Notes: generated from the sequence alone by a model not told the origin. Shown: positions 29,481 to 40,184, numbered from the stretch's first letter. The stretch: DNA of 64,000 bases from Alphaproteobacteria bacterium (GCA_965216755.1 CBDCGL010000011.1:1312001-1376000); one strand, 5' to 3'. Program-made: numbers and translations.

Positions 29481-31241
29481 TCATGCAAGTGGTCCAGGGT
29501 TTTTTAGGTACTTGTTTTTGATTGCGTCGGCGGTCCAGTAAGCCAACGCGCCCACCTGACCAGTCGGATTGAAACACGAAAGTTGTGGAAAAGCGCTGGC
29601 GCCCACCACAAACAGGTTGTCGACATCCCAACTCTGAAGATACCGATTGACGGCACTATTGTCTGGTGCGTCGCCAGCGATCGCCCCGCCGACTTGGTGG
29701 ATCATGAAGTAATACTGGCCCTGATCAAAACGCTGCGGCAGCCCCCACAACGCATAGTGGCTCGGATTCATTGCCTTAGCAACTTCTTCGCCCTTGCCGA
29801 CCATGTAACGGCTCAGTTTGTGTTCGTTGGGTCCAAAGTCGTAGGTCAGCCGCAACAGCGGATTGCCCCATGCGTCGTTGTAGTTGGGATCAAGATCCAT
29901 GTAGTTGCCGCGATAGGACAAATGATCATGCAGGCCGACCACAAGGAAGCTGCGGTTGTAGTAGTGGGCTACGGCTTTTTTCCAATCCGATCCCCACGCC
30001 GGCGTGCCTGGTGGAGCCGGTTGGAAGGCCAGTGGACCATGACCACCCATCCAGGCCACCATCAGGCTTCCTCCGATGAAATCAAGGCCGCTGTGGTCGA
30101 AGTTGTCGCCCTGCAAATCAGCGACGGCCGTATCGAGAGCCCCCGTCGCCATGTACGGATTGAAGTGATGTCCATCGTCGAAATAGGCCTGAATTCCTGG
30201 CGTTACCCAATGCCATGAGAAATTCTTACCGACCGCGCCCTTGCCTGTGGCTGGATCGTATGGCGCGCCGATGCCGGAGACCAACATCAGCTGGACATTG
30301 CTCCAAGTGAACGCCGTGAGAAGCACAATGTCGGCGGGTTGCTCGATTTCACGACCCAGACCGTCAATATATGTGACGCCGGTTGCCTTGTTGCCATTCG
30401 TGTTAATTCGGGTTACCGCTGCATTCGTCCGCACTTCGAAGTTTCCGGTATCAAACGCGGCTGGTAACGTGCAGGTCTGCGGTGTCGACTTTGCGGCCGT
30501 TTCACACGCATAATTCATGCAATAGCCGCAATAGACGCATTCACCCAAGCTCACCCCATCCGGATTGGTGTAAGGCTGACTGCACTGCGCTGCGGGCATG
30601 GGAAACGGGTGGTAGCCAAGACTTTTGGTGGCTTCCGCATAGACGTTGCCGGCGTGGCTCCGCTTCAATGGCGGATTCGGATAGTCGCGCGAACGCGGTC
30701 CCTCAAAGGGGTTGCCACCGGCTTGGACGTTGCCTTGAACATTTCCGGCCTTGCCCGATATGCCGCACGTATATTCAAACTGATCGTAATAAGGCTCCAT
30801 TTCCTCGTAAGTCATGGGCCAGTCTTGGATCGTGCAGTCTTCGGGAATCATGCGTGCGCCATAGCGTTCGATTGTTTGGCTCCGGATATTGAAATCCCAC
30901 GGGGTTAGGCGCCATGTCCACCCGGCCCAATGAAACCCCGCCCCGCCCACGCCAGACCCCCATGGCCAGGGACCGTGGCGTCGCTGCGGACGCGCGACTT
31001 CGCCCGTCGAATTACGAAACGTATGGGTCGTTTTTGACAGATCCTCGAACATTTCGAGGCGCCGTTCATACTTGAGTTGATCATGCATGGAAGGAAGACT
31101 GTAGTCCTCCTGCCGCCGCTCGCCACCACGCTCGAGGCCAACAACCTTGAGGCCTGCTTTGGCGAGCTCAAGTGCCATAATGCTTCCCGACCAACCGACA
31201 CCGATCGTCACAACGTCGACCGGTTTCATTTTGATCGCCAT
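29481..31241 (-). CDS. GMC oxidoreductase, gluconate 2-dehydrogenase flavoprotein-like
   Basis: IGVGWSG, GLERG, GSGVGG, CVYCGYC...C, HQVGG, NPT. Confidence 0.88.
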   Translation of the reverse strand: MAIKMKPVDVVTIGVGWSGSIMALELAKAGLKVVGLERGGERRQEDYSLPSMHDQLKYERRLEMFEDLSKTTHTFRNSTGEVARPQRRHGPWPWGSGVGGAGFHWAGWTWRLTPWDFNIRSQTIERYGARMIPEDCTIQDWPMTYEEMEPYYDQFEYTCGISGKAGNVQGNVQAGGNPFEGPRSRDYPNPPLKRSHAGNVYAEATKSLGYHPFPMPAAQCSQPYTNPDGVSLGECVYCGYCMNYACETAAKSTPQTCTLPAAFDTGNFEVRTNAAVTRINTNGNKATGVTYIDGLGREIEQPADIVLLTAFTWSNVQLMLVSGIGAPYDPATGKGAVGKNFSWHWVTPGIQAYFDDGHHFNPYMATGALDTAVADLQGDNFDHSGLDFIGGSLMVAWMGGHGPLAFQPAPPGTPAWGSDWKKAVAHYYNRSFLVVGLHDHLSYRGNYMDLDPNYNDAWGNPLLRLTYDFGPNEHKLSRYMVGKGEEVAKAMNPSHYALWGLPQRFDQGQYYFMIHQVGGAIAGDAPDNSAVNRYLQSWDVDNLFVVGASAFPQLSCFNPTGQVGALAYWTADAIKNKYLKNPGPLA

Positions 31242-31355
31242 TCTCTCCTCCTCTCACGGCACGCGTCGCCTCTCGACACACGCCGCTTGTGGTATAATTT
31301 TGGATAGCGTGCTTATTTCCGCTTCAGCATCAACTTTTCTACGAAGCGAATGCAG

Positions 31356-32198
31356 CTACATGAAACCCACAAAATGGTTCGCGTTCCAATCCATCGCGAC
31401 GTCTTCCGATTCCGTACGTTTCTTGGGCGCCTCTGTCTTACGCGGTGCTTCGGCACGTTTGTGATGGGGATGACCATGATGGTCCTTCGGCACACGTGCC
31501 TGACGCACATCTTCCATGCTCACGGGCTCCACGTCGTACGGTTCGTTCTGGCCGATCACTTCGCTGTAAGACGCGGCGACGCCCGGATAGCCAACCAGTT
31601 TCCACCCGATCATATCGCGATTGCCGCCATAGGCGGGATCGGCAAAAAACCCATCCTTTGTGTCGGTGATCAAGTGAGCAAAGAAAGTTGCACCCGGCAC
31701 CTCTTCCAGCGACACGTCACCGGATACACCCTGCAATCCGCTCAGAACGTCTTCCTGCTGAGCCGCTTCGAGCTGGCTAAAGAACTTGCCATAGCTTTCC
31801 TGGCAGTACTGATCCGTGGCAGCGATGCCAACTTGGTAGAGCTGCCGAGGTGACAGGGGTAGCTGATAGCCTTGGTACCCGGTTGTGTCGCCGAACGGGC
31901 CTTGCTGATAAAATCGCGCACCGGCGCCATAGTCACCAGCCAACTGCTGATCGATAAAGTACGAGACGTCCGCCTCCAAAGCGCCGGGCCCGAGATCATC
32001 GGCCGGGATTAGGCGAGCGACCGCCGCTTCAATGAAGGCGGCTTCTGCGTCGGTAAAAAATGTATACGTCTTGTCCATCGTACCTAGATCGGCACGATGA
32101 ACGCGCGCCTCTGTGTGTGGCGCCGAGGCGACAACGTCCGACGCGGCCACGGATGCGACCGTGCCCGCGAGTATCTGTAGGAACCTTCGCCGGTCCAT
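31356..32198 (-). CDS. Gluconate 2-dehydrogenase subunit 3 (gamma) family protein, Tat signal
   Basis: MDRRRFL, RLIPADDLGPGA, GFFADPAYGGNRDMIGWKLVGYPG. Confidence 0.9.
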   Translation of the reverse strand: MDRRRFLQILAGTVASVAASDVVASAPHTEARVHRADLGTMDKTYTFFTDAEAAFIEAAVARLIPADDLGPGALEADVSYFIDQQLAGDYGAGARFYQQGPFGDTTGYQGYQLPLSPRQLYQVGIAATDQYCQESYGKFFSQLEAAQQEDVLSGLQGVSGDVSLEEVPGATFFAHLITDTKDGFFADPAYGGNRDMIGWKLVGYPGVAASYSEVIGQNEPYDVEPVSMEDVRQARVPKDHHGHPHHKRAEAPRKTEAPKKRTESEDVAMDWNANHFVGFM

Positions 32199-32692
32199 CT
32201 TGGGTTTTCCTCCCTAAAAGGACCGCGCAGCGGATCGTAAACGGTCGGCGGAAAGACTTTGTCGTCAGCCCTGCCCCCCGGCCGGACACCCGCGACACGA
32301 TCCGTGATTCTTGAGTCGAACCAAAAGCGTAGCTGGCGTCCGTTTGCGGTTCAAACCGAAAATGCCGCCGATTCAGTTTGTTGCAGCGCAAACTAACGAT
32401 CAACCATGCGCAAACGCACATGGCTGCTTGTCAATACGGGCACCGGATGAAACGACATCCGTCTATGAATTCAAGGCTGTAGAGACACCCGGCATACGCT
32501 TTAGACGTTCCGAACAAGGTGCCGGTGCGTCGAAATGCAGGTCACCGCGACGTGCCGGTGGATTGCCATGCGCGCCCGAGTCGATGCCAATTTCCAAGAA
32601 ACTTGAGATTGACTAGAACATTTGTAGTCCGAAACGCCGTGCGATTCGCAGGTTTCGTCGCGCGTCGCCCCTACCTATTGCTGACACGGCGC

Positions 32693-33709
32693 TTACGTGT
32701 AAAGCCGCTCGCCTCTTATACCCTCATATAGATGGGCGACCTGATCCGCGTATCCGTTGAAGAGCAATGTTGGTATTTTCTCTTTCGACCCCAACCGCTT
32801 CTCAGTCCGTTGACTCCAACGCGGGTGGCGGACTTTAGGATTGACGTTCGCCCAAAAGCCATACTCGTTCGGTTGGACGTCCTCCCAAAACGTCTGCGGC
32901 CTGTCTTCCACCAGCGTGAATCGCGTGATGGACTTGATGTGCTTAAAGCCATATTTCCAAGGCACCGCGAGACGCAACGGCGCCCCATTCTGTTCCGGCA
33001 AAGGCTTGCCATAGGCGCCGACAACGACGAAGGCGAGTTCATTGGTCGCCTCGTCAATAGTCAAAGCCTCCGTATACGGCCACGGATACCACGCCTGGCG
33101 TTGGCCAGGCGCGATATCGCTGTCGAAGAAGCTTTCCATGCGAAGAAACTTGGCGTCGCTCAAAGGGCGCGCCATGGCGATCAGCTCGCTAAGCGGAAAT
33201 CCGCTCCAGGGCACCACCATCGACCAGGCTTCGACACAACGATGCCGATATACCCGCTCCTCGAGCGGCATTCTGTGAACCAAATCATCGAATGAAATCG
33301 AGATCGGTTTTTCGACCAATCCGTCGATGGTGACATCCCAGGGGCTGGTCTGAAGGTTGACGGCCGTTTTCCATATGTTCTTGTGCGAGCCGAACTCGAG
33401 AAAATTGTTGTACCGAGTCACCAACTTTTTCTCCGTGATCGAGTCGTCAGCCACGTACGCGGCATTGCGCATGACCGGGAGAAGCTCGGCAACCGAGCGT
33501 GCCCCCGCGGTCGATATTTCCGGTGCATCCGGCGCTGCCGATTGTTCGCCTTCGTCGCCCGTATCACACGCGGCGATAAGTCCCGTTACCGACACCATCG
33601 TGGAGGCTATCGCCAACCCGCGCAGAAACTTACGGCGTTCCCGGAATGTATGCTCGGGAGTCACGGCGCTCTCGTCGATCGCCCATCCGGGCCGCACACG
33701 CACCAGCAT
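32693..33709 (-). CDS. msrP: Periplasmic protein-methionine-sulfoxide reductase catalytic subunit MsrP
   Basis: RRKFL Tat motif; YNNFLEFG, YRHRCVEAWSMVVPW, NGAPLRL-x-VPWKYGFK, EYGFWANVNP, HPRWSQ. Confidence 0.95.
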   Translation of the reverse strand: MLVRVRPGWAIDESAVTPEHTFRERRKFLRGLAIASTMVSVTGLIAACDTGDEGEQSAAPDAPEISTAGARSVAELLPVMRNAAYVADDSITEKKLVTRYNNFLEFGSHKNIWKTAVNLQTSPWDVTIDGLVEKPISISFDDLVHRMPLEERVYRHRCVEAWSMVVPWSGFPLSELIAMARPLSDAKFLRMESFFDSDIAPGQRQAWYPWPYTEALTIDEATNELAFVVVGAYGKPLPEQNGAPLRLAVPWKYGFKHIKSITRFTLVEDRPQTFWEDVQPNEYGFWANVNPKVRHPRWSQRTEKRLGSKEKIPTLLFNGYADQVAHLYEGIRGERLYT

Positions 33710-33843
33710 ATCCTTACATCACCTGCCCGGCCCGAAGTACCAGATCCGAAGTCAACATATGCCGTGTACATAGCGTATATCGCGACAGCCACGCCATAAA
33801 CAAATTTGTGCGCCACGCAGTCATACCAATCCCGAGCGGCATT

Positions 33844-34266
33844 CTATTGTGAGGCAAGTGGATAAAGTATCAACGCGCCATTTGGCGCGATCCAATACCA
33901 CCCGTGAGCGCCCGCATGGATCTCAGTTGGTTCACCCGCCTCGGCCATACCAAAGAAACCCGGCACGTTCGGGACCATCGGCATAGCCGGCATACCCACC
34001 ATGCCGACCATCCCCGCTTGCGGCATGGTCGGCCCCGACGGATACAGGGCCAACTGACCCGTGGTCAGGATTCGATACCATCCCGTTGACCCCAGGACAC
34101 CCCCAGCAGTGTAGCCGCGCGTCGCAGGATCCAAGCTCGATTGGCTTGCCGCAACCGTCCCCCCTGCGACCATCAAGAAAAGACACGCCAAAACTAGGCC
34201 ACCGTAAGCCTTTAGCTTGTAGCTACCGCACCTGTCCGGTGCCACCCTCGTGCCCAGCGTGTTCAC
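33844..34266 (-). CDS. Small secreted protein with two G-W-Y...LYP motifs flanking a Met-rich linker
   Basis: Signal-like hydrophobic stretch; GWYRILTTGQLALYP, MPQAGMVGMVGMPAMPM, GWYWIAPNGALILYP; GTGA overlap with the regulator stop. Confidence 0.72.
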   Translation of the reverse strand: MNTLGTRVAPDRCGSYKLKAYGGLVLACLFLMVAGGTVAASQSSLDPATRGYTAGGVLGSTGWYRILTTGQLALYPSGPTMPQAGMVGMVGMPAMPMVPNVPGFFGMAEAGEPTEIHAGAHGWYWIAPNGALILYPLASQ

Positions 34267-35624
34267 GTCGAACCCGACGACTCCTCATGCAAACCATATT
34301 TTCGGATCAGACGGTACGTGTTTCGCTCACTTATTCCAAGTGTGGCCGCAACTTTTACCCTATGACCCGAGTATTTTTCCAAGAGATGCTTCAGATAATC
34401 TTGCTCTATTTCTTTCAAGCTCGGTTCGTGATCAAATGACAAGACCAACTCCTCGGCCTTCGGCGACTGCTCGGTCGACAGAACGACATGCTCTTCATGA
34501 ATGGTCGGATGTGCACCGGACAGAATTATCGCGCGCTCCACTACATTCTTCAGCTCTCGCACGTTACCCGGCCAATCATATGCCATCATTCTTTTCATGG
34601 CGCGCCGCGATACGCGCTTGTCAATCCGTCTTGAAAAATCGTGATTGCTAATGAAATGATTAACCAAGTCTTCAATGTCCTCTCGACGTTCACGCAATGG
34701 CGGTACCGTTATGACAAAGGCACTGAGTCGATAAAACAAATCTGAACGAAACCGGCCGTCCCGACTGAACTTCTCTAGATTGGCATTTGTCGCGGCAACA
34801 ATTCGAACATGCGCTGTCAGGTCCTTTGTGCCGCCGACGCGCCGGAATTGACCGGATTCAAGAACGCGCAGCAACTTTGCCTGGATGGACGAAGTGATTT
34901 CGCCGATCTCATCGAGAAAGAGCGTGCCGCCTTCGGCCCCCTCGATTAACCCTTTCTTCTGTCGATCAGCACCGGTAAAGGACCCACGCTCATGGCCGAA
35001 AAGTTCCGATTCGAACAACGTTTCCTGTAAGGTACAGCAGTCCAACGCGACAAAATTGCGATTTAGTCGCGCGCTGCGTTCGTGGATTTCGTGGGCGACA
35101 AGCTCCTTGCCGACACCGCTTTCGCCTTGGATCAAAACGGTCATATCCGACGGCGCCACAGCATCGATCAGACGATTGACCTGCTCCACCGCCGTGCTGT
35201 TGCCGACCAAAAAAGTTCGCCGACTGGTGCGCAACCGATCTTCAACAAACTGCAAATTGCGGCGCAGCGCGGCATTCTCCAAGACTCGGTCGACAACGAC
35301 TTCCAATTCTTCCAAGTTGACGGGCTTGGAGAGATAGTCGGCAACGCCCAACTGCATGGCCTTCACGGCTTTCTGCACAGACGCATATGCCGTTAATATG
35401 ATGACCGGTTGCTGCGCGACGAGATCCGAAAGGAATTCGTACCCGTCAGCATCAGGTAGTCGTGGATCAAGAACGATCAGGTGTGGCTCGTACGCTGTCA
35501 GATAGTTTTCCGCAGCCGCCCAACAATCGACGCCCTCGGTTGCATAGCCGACTTGGTTGAGTTGCTTGACAAGCAAACTATTCAGAACTTGATCGTCCTC
35601 AATGATCAATATGTTCGGCTTCAA
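34263..35624 (-). CDS. Sigma-54-dependent response regulator (NtrC/AtoC family: REC-AAA+-HTH)
   Basis: ILIIEDD, GESGVGKE, ESELFGHERGSFTGA, FLDEI, WPGNVREL, C-terminal HTH; TTG start after AGGGAG. Confidence 0.93.
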   Translation of the reverse strand: MKPNILIIEDDQVLNSLLVKQLNQVGYATEGVDCWAAAENYLTAYEPHLIVLDPRLPDADGYEFLSDLVAQQPVIILTAYASVQKAVKAMQLGVADYLSKPVNLEELEVVVDRVLENAALRRNLQFVEDRLRTSRRTFLVGNSTAVEQVNRLIDAVAPSDMTVLIQGESGVGKELVAHEIHERSARLNRNFVALDCCTLQETLFESELFGHERGSFTGADRQKKGLIEGAEGGTLFLDEIGEITSSIQAKLLRVLESGQFRRVGGTKDLTAHVRIVAATNANLEKFSRDGRFRSDLFYRLSAFVITVPPLRERREDIEDLVNHFISNHDFSRRIDKRVSRRAMKRMMAYDWPGNVRELKNVVERAIILSGAHPTIHEEHVVLSTEQSPKAEELVLSFDHEPSLKEIEQDYLKHLLEKYSGHRVKVAATLGISERNTYRLIRKYGLHEESSGST

Positions 35625-37587
35625 CGCAGGCTCCCTGATCGACAACTGCCTGATATCCGGCGCGCGGCAACCGAATCTCAAATAGGGTTCCGACGCCGAC
35701 ACCACTCCTTACCTCGATCGTGCCCCCGTAGCGCTCGATGATAGCTTTGGCAATCGAAAGGCCCAATCCGGTCCCTTTTTCACCATCTGCCCGGCGGCTG
35801 AAAAATGGATCATAAATGTGAGGAAGGTCTCCAGGCTGGATCCCACAGCCCGTATCCTCGAATATGATTTCTACGTTGTCTTGCGTCTCCGAAGTCGCGA
35901 TTCTGAGTTCGTCGCCCGGCGACATGGCGTGAAACGCGTTTTGCACAAAATTCAGGACAATCATTCGAATCTCGCTGTCGCTGCACAGTACGCGCGGTTG
36001 CCGCGGATCCAGATCAAGCTCTATGCGATGTTCATGCGACTTGGATTCAAACGACAATAGAGACACGGTGTCGCTGATCGCACGGTTGACATCGACCAGT
36101 TCCGGGGACCTGCTTGGTGGTGCGCTCAACTTCATCAAGCGCTCTGTCACTTCGATGCATTTATCGATCTCAGTATCGACAGTACTCAGATACTGACCTA
36201 TGTCATCAAGGGACTTATCTTCCCGCCCCGTTGCTCGGAGCGCCGCTTGCAGCGCCAACCTGATAGAGCTCAGCGGATTGTGGATTTCGTGCGCGACACC
36301 CGTGGCGAGTTGGTCCAATTCCTTCAACTTCTGCTCTTGGGAAATTTGCATCTCGTTTGATAGGTCGCGAATGGACTCAACGACCAGCGTCTTCGGCCGT
36401 CCCTCTTCTTCCAACATAAGTGGTGCGGCGTAAACCTGCACCCGCGACAGGGACCCGTCGTTTAGAACATGCTGGTGGATCGTCTTTACGGGTTTCCCTG
36501 TGCGCGCGATTTCAGTCAACGGACAAATGACCAATCCAGCCGGACAGGGGCTTTCGCGGCGATGACTTGACTCATAGCAGGGTATGCCGACCACGTCGGT
36601 CATATGAACGCCAAGATGGCGACAATAGGCCGAATTCGCCGTGACGATCGCGTGGTCCGAATCGATCACACGCAATGGATCTGGATTTGCTTCCAACAAT
36701 GCTTGCAGAAATTGCCCTCGCCTTTGCGATTCCCGGATACTTGTCGCCAGATTGTGTGCCATTTCGTTGAAACGGTTTTCAAGCTCGGCCATTTCGTCAC
36801 GCCCACGTACGGCGACTCGGCTATCAAGCTGTCCCGAAGACAGTTTGCGCGTCGCCGTCGCCAACTGGCGAACTGGGCGAACCACGTTGTTGCGGACAAA
36901 CCACCATCCAGCACCAACCGTCAACAACACCACGAGCGCGCCCGAACCGGTTAACATAAAGGCCAGCATACGGGCATCCCGACGCACCGGCGCGGCGTCA
37001 TAGTCGACAAAGATGACACCATTGACCGGATGCGCTTCGACCGAACCATGACACCCGATACAAGCAGGGCGGTTCCGGATCGGGTTCACGCTGCGCAACA
37101 CCTCCCGTCCCTGCGCATCAACAGTAAAAACACTGCGCGGCCGGGACGCCGTCTCCGATGCGTGACACCCGGCGCAGGCAGGATCGGTGCCGCGGTCAAA
37201 CCGTATTCCGACACGATCTCCTGACGATGCAAACCTCACTTCACCCGCCGGGTTCACAATCATGACGCCGCTAATCCCCTGCTGCTGACCGAGGCGTACG
37301 ACAATATCCCGCAATCCACTCAGGTCTCTTTTCAGCATCGCATTCTCTAGCGATGCTTGGAGCAAGCGATTGATCTGTGTTGAGGCCTCCGTGCGTTCGC
37401 GCTCCAGTTGCGCGCGATACATGCCGACAAACAGCACTAAGAAAATAAGCGACGCGGCAACCAGACCAATCGTCATAATGACGGTAAATCTACGATCTAG
37501 TCGCGATATCAACGGCGTGACCCTCAGCCAGAAACCCCTTTTGACAATGTCACAAATCGGACATTTCAATTGGGCCCAAAAAAGCAC
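35599..37587 (-). CDS. Sensor histidine kinase with two periplasmic CxxCH heme-c motifs, HAMP and a Cys-rich PAS-like domain (start uncertain, possibly TTG 37512)
   Basis: CAGCH and CIGCH between two TM helices; HAMP; AHEIHNPL H-box; N, DTGCGI, F and GTGLGL boxes. Confidence 0.9.
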   Translation of the reverse strand: MLFWAQLKCPICDIVKRGFWLRVTPLISRLDRRFTVIMTIGLVAASLIFLVLFVGMYRAQLERERTEASTQINRLLQASLENAMLKRDLSGLRDIVVRLGQQQGISGVMIVNPAGEVRFASSGDRVGIRFDRGTDPACAGCHASETASRPRSVFTVDAQGREVLRSVNPIRNRPACIGCHGSVEAHPVNGVIFVDYDAAPVRRDARMLAFMLTGSGALVVLLTVGAGWWFVRNNVVRPVRQLATATRKLSSGQLDSRVAVRGRDEMAELENRFNEMAHNLATSIRESQRRGQFLQALLEANPDPLRVIDSDHAIVTANSAYCRHLGVHMTDVVGIPCYESSHRRESPCPAGLVICPLTEIARTGKPVKTIHQHVLNDGSLSRVQVYAAPLMLEEEGRPKTLVVESIRDLSNEMQISQEQKLKELDQLATGVAHEIHNPLSSIRLALQAALRATGREDKSLDDIGQYLSTVDTEIDKCIEVTERLMKLSAPPSRSPELVDVNRAISDTVSLLSFESKSHEHRIELDLDPRQPRVLCSDSEIRMIVLNFVQNAFHAMSPGDELRIATSETQDNVEIIFEDTGCGIQPGDLPHIYDPFFSRRADGEKGTGLGLSIAKAIIERYGGTIEVRSGVGVGTLFEIRLPRAGYQAVVDQGACVEAEHIDH

Positions 37588-37647
37588 ATAGTTATAAGGG
37601 TTTTTGGGACGTAACGCCAGCGCGGCGCCCTCCCAACGCGAGTCGTC

Positions 37648-38700
37648 TTATGCCAAGACTTGAAAGAGATTGAGCTTTCGTCCGGTTTCACGACATACCC
37701 AACACGTCGCGGACTCAAGAGCCTGGTCGCCCGGCATGTGAAACGGCGTACCACAGCGCGCACAGACCTGGCGCCGCAACGGCAATTGAAGCTGCGTGGG
37801 CGCGATGTCGGTCCCGATCGATATGGCGTGCTGTCTGCAAACATCCACACACAGCATACACCCACTGCATCGGTTCGCCTTCAGCCCATAGTGCGTATTG
37901 TCACCGTCACGCCGCAGAGTGATCGCGCCATGTGCGCACAAGCGCACGCAGGCGTCACAGCCCGAGCACCGTTCGCTGTCGATCTCCGGGACAAAGGGAA
38001 GTAGAGCCGTATCGCCATCCGCGAACAGAGGTGGCCTGTGCTTTGGCCGTGGCGCCTCGTCCGCGACCGTCTGTCGCTCGACGCGATCGATAAGTGTACT
38101 AACCATACCCTTCAGGAGCGAACGACGGCCGAGCCCGTTGTCGCGCCGGCGCACTTCGGCGCCGTCACGCGCCGCCCGCCACTTGCCGACGGGCAGCAAG
38201 CGAATGGCCAAAGCCGGCTGGTCCCGCGCCGACAAATACTGGTTCACGGTATCAACGACAGACTCAAGGCGCATACACGCCCCCCGCCGGCATGTGTCAC
38301 ATGGTGCCTCGGCGACCCACAACGTATAGATTCCGCGGTCGTGAAGTTGGAACAAAGCACGCATCGAAATTGCATGGACACATGGCACGACGCCTGCGCC
38401 GTCGTCGCTTGTCGCAGTATCGCAGGCGACGAACGCGACGCCTTGCCCGCGCACATCACGCATTGTTGTGGCAAATTTGGCCTCGATCGCGGATTCTGGG
38501 CATACTGCCGCGCACAGGCCGCAGCCGTCGCAACGGCCGACGTCGATCATCAAGCCATCATCGCACAACGACAAAGCGCCTTCGGGGCAGGCCTTGACAC
38601 AGGCGGTGCATGTCGCATCGACCGTACGCCCGTGGACGCATAAGTTGCCATCAATCTCGGGACATTGATCGTGCGCCGCATCCCTCGGCGAATCCGCCAT
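37648..38700 (-). CDS. Polyferredoxin-like multi-[4Fe-4S] protein
   Basis: CTACVKACP, CDGCGLCAAVCP, CSGCDACVRLC, CSGCMLCVDVC plus C-terminal CxxC...CxxC. Confidence 0.85.
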   Translation of the reverse strand: MADSPRDAAHDQCPEIDGNLCVHGRTVDATCTACVKACPEGALSLCDDGLMIDVGRCDGCGLCAAVCPESAIEAKFATTMRDVRGQGVAFVACDTATSDDGAGVVPCVHAISMRALFQLHDRGIYTLWVAEAPCDTCRRGACMRLESVVDTVNQYLSARDQPALAIRLLPVGKWRAARDGAEVRRRDNGLGRRSLLKGMVSTLIDRVERQTVADEAPRPKHRPPLFADGDTALLPFVPEIDSERCSGCDACVRLCAHGAITLRRDGDNTHYGLKANRCSGCMLCVDVCRQHAISIGTDIAPTQLQLPLRRQVCARCGTPFHMPGDQALESATCWVCRETGRKLNLFQVLA

Positions 38701-38714
38701 TTCCAATCGACCAA

Positions 38715-39500
38715 TCACCAACTCGGCGCGGTGCCAGGTAGATAAGTTGGGCCCAATTCGCCGCAGTCTTTTGAAAATCTCTTGTTGGCGCGTAGCTGCT
38801 CGTAGTTGGGCTTGGGCTGATCAAGTGCAAGTGCGAACAATTCACGTGCGCGATGAAGATAGGCTGCAGTCGTTCCCGCCAAACCCGCGTAGAAAGGCAT
38901 TTCGCACCGCGCCATGACGCGCTCCGCGAAAGCGTCGATCCAGAGCAGGAGGTGCTGATCCAAAAACGCTGCCGCGTCTCTCACCGCCTGCAAATCGCGT
39001 CCATCCGTCAGCAACCGGCCAACAAACTGCAGTTGCAAAACCAGGTGATCATCCGCGCGACTTGCCCAGTCTTGAACACAAACACCGTGGCGCCGGTACC
39101 AAGCCCGCACTTCAAACATCGGTTGCTGACGTTCCAATCCATCTTCGTCCAGCCACACCGATTCGTAAGGGGACGCGCGGTAGCCATGCGTCAAATAGAT
39201 TTCGCCATATTCGACCGCGAGCCGATCCAGTACGTCATCACCAGGTGTATCTGGCAACGCCGCCACCGCCTGATCGAATATATCGAGTGCGGCGCGTCCC
39301 GCCGCCGTCTCCAGTCGAAGACCCAGGCTTTGGGCAAGCCCTTCTTCACGCAGCGCTGCTAGGGTCTTCGCCTCTGGCTCCTTGTCATGAAGCATGGCCA
39401 AGAGCTTGAGATCCGCGGCCACACTCGTCCGCAGTTGGTCGAGCAAATCACGACCCCCGGGCATCTCGGACGCCACGGCCGATGCCATTTCAGCCGGCAT
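38715..39500 (-). CDS. TorD/DmsD-family molybdoenzyme chaperone
   Basis: SPYESVW, ADDHLVLQLQF, FLDQHLLLW, FY. Confidence 0.88.
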   Translation of the reverse strand: MPAEMASAVASEMPGGRDLLDQLRTSVAADLKLLAMLHDKEPEAKTLAALREEGLAQSLGLRLETAAGRAALDIFDQAVAALPDTPGDDVLDRLAVEYGEIYLTHGYRASPYESVWLDEDGLERQQPMFEVRAWYRRHGVCVQDWASRADDHLVLQLQFVGRLLTDGRDLQAVRDAAAFLDQHLLLWIDAFAERVMARCEMPFYAGLAGTTAAYLHRARELFALALDQPKPNYEQLRANKRFSKDCGELGPTYLPGTAPSW

Positions 39501-40161
39501 CGACGCGGCCTTTGCTGTGCGCCACAAAAGCAATCGACGGTCTGGTTAACGCTGGATCCGCCAAATTCTTGACTTGCTGCGTCACTTTGTCCGCCGGACC
39601 CAACGCCTTAGTCTCATAGCCACCCGCTACGATCTGGTCAATCGGCCCAACATCCAGCACGCGCATCATGCAAGCCATGACGCAATAGGGTTTTCGACCC
39701 GCATCAATTTCGTCGACGCACATATTGCATTTCTTGACCAGGTTATCTTCCGGATCAAATTGCGGTGCACCATAGGGGCATGCGGCCTCGCATCGCCGAC
39801 ACCCAATGCACAGCGTCGAGTCGATATCAACGATGCCATCTTTCTTGCGCTTGAATATGGCCCCGGTCGGACATGTCGGCAAACATGCCGGTTCTGCGCA
39901 ATGGTTGCATGACATATTAACCTTGTACGCATAAACGTCCGGGAACTGGCCGCCTTCGATGTATTGCACTCGGCGAAATCGAGGCCCTGGGCCAAGACCA
40001 TTCTTGTCTTTACAAGCAATTTCGCACGCGCGGCACCCGATACAATCAACGTTGTGATGCACGAATCCGAGTTGCGTATCGGGCACGACCGGCTTGTAAA
40101 CTTCGCGCTTGCGCCTCTTGACTGCTTCTTTGACCCGTGCCTTATCGATCTGGTTCGTCAT
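39490..40161 (-). CDS. dmsB: DmsB-like four-cluster Fe-S subunit
   Basis: CIGCRACEIACKD, SCNHCAEPAC..CP, CIGCRRCEAACPYGAPQ, KCNMC...CVMAC. Confidence 0.85.
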   Translation of the reverse strand: MTNQIDKARVKEAVKRRKREVYKPVVPDTQLGFVHHNVDCIGCRACEIACKDKNGLGPGPRFRRVQYIEGGQFPDVYAYKVNMSCNHCAEPACLPTCPTGAIFKRKKDGIVDIDSTLCIGCRRCEAACPYGAPQFDPEDNLVKKCNMCVDEIDAGRKPYCVMACMMRVLDVGPIDQIVAGGYETKALGPADKVTQQVKNLADPALTRPSIAFVAHSKGRVDAG

Positions 40162-40184
40162 GGAACAACTCCCCCTAAAACGTT

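Noticed and set aside
37541-37552. TGACA-A-TGTCA palindrome near the kinase start as a third UAS
   Set aside because: Spacer differs from the N3 sites and no -24/-12 element is nearby.
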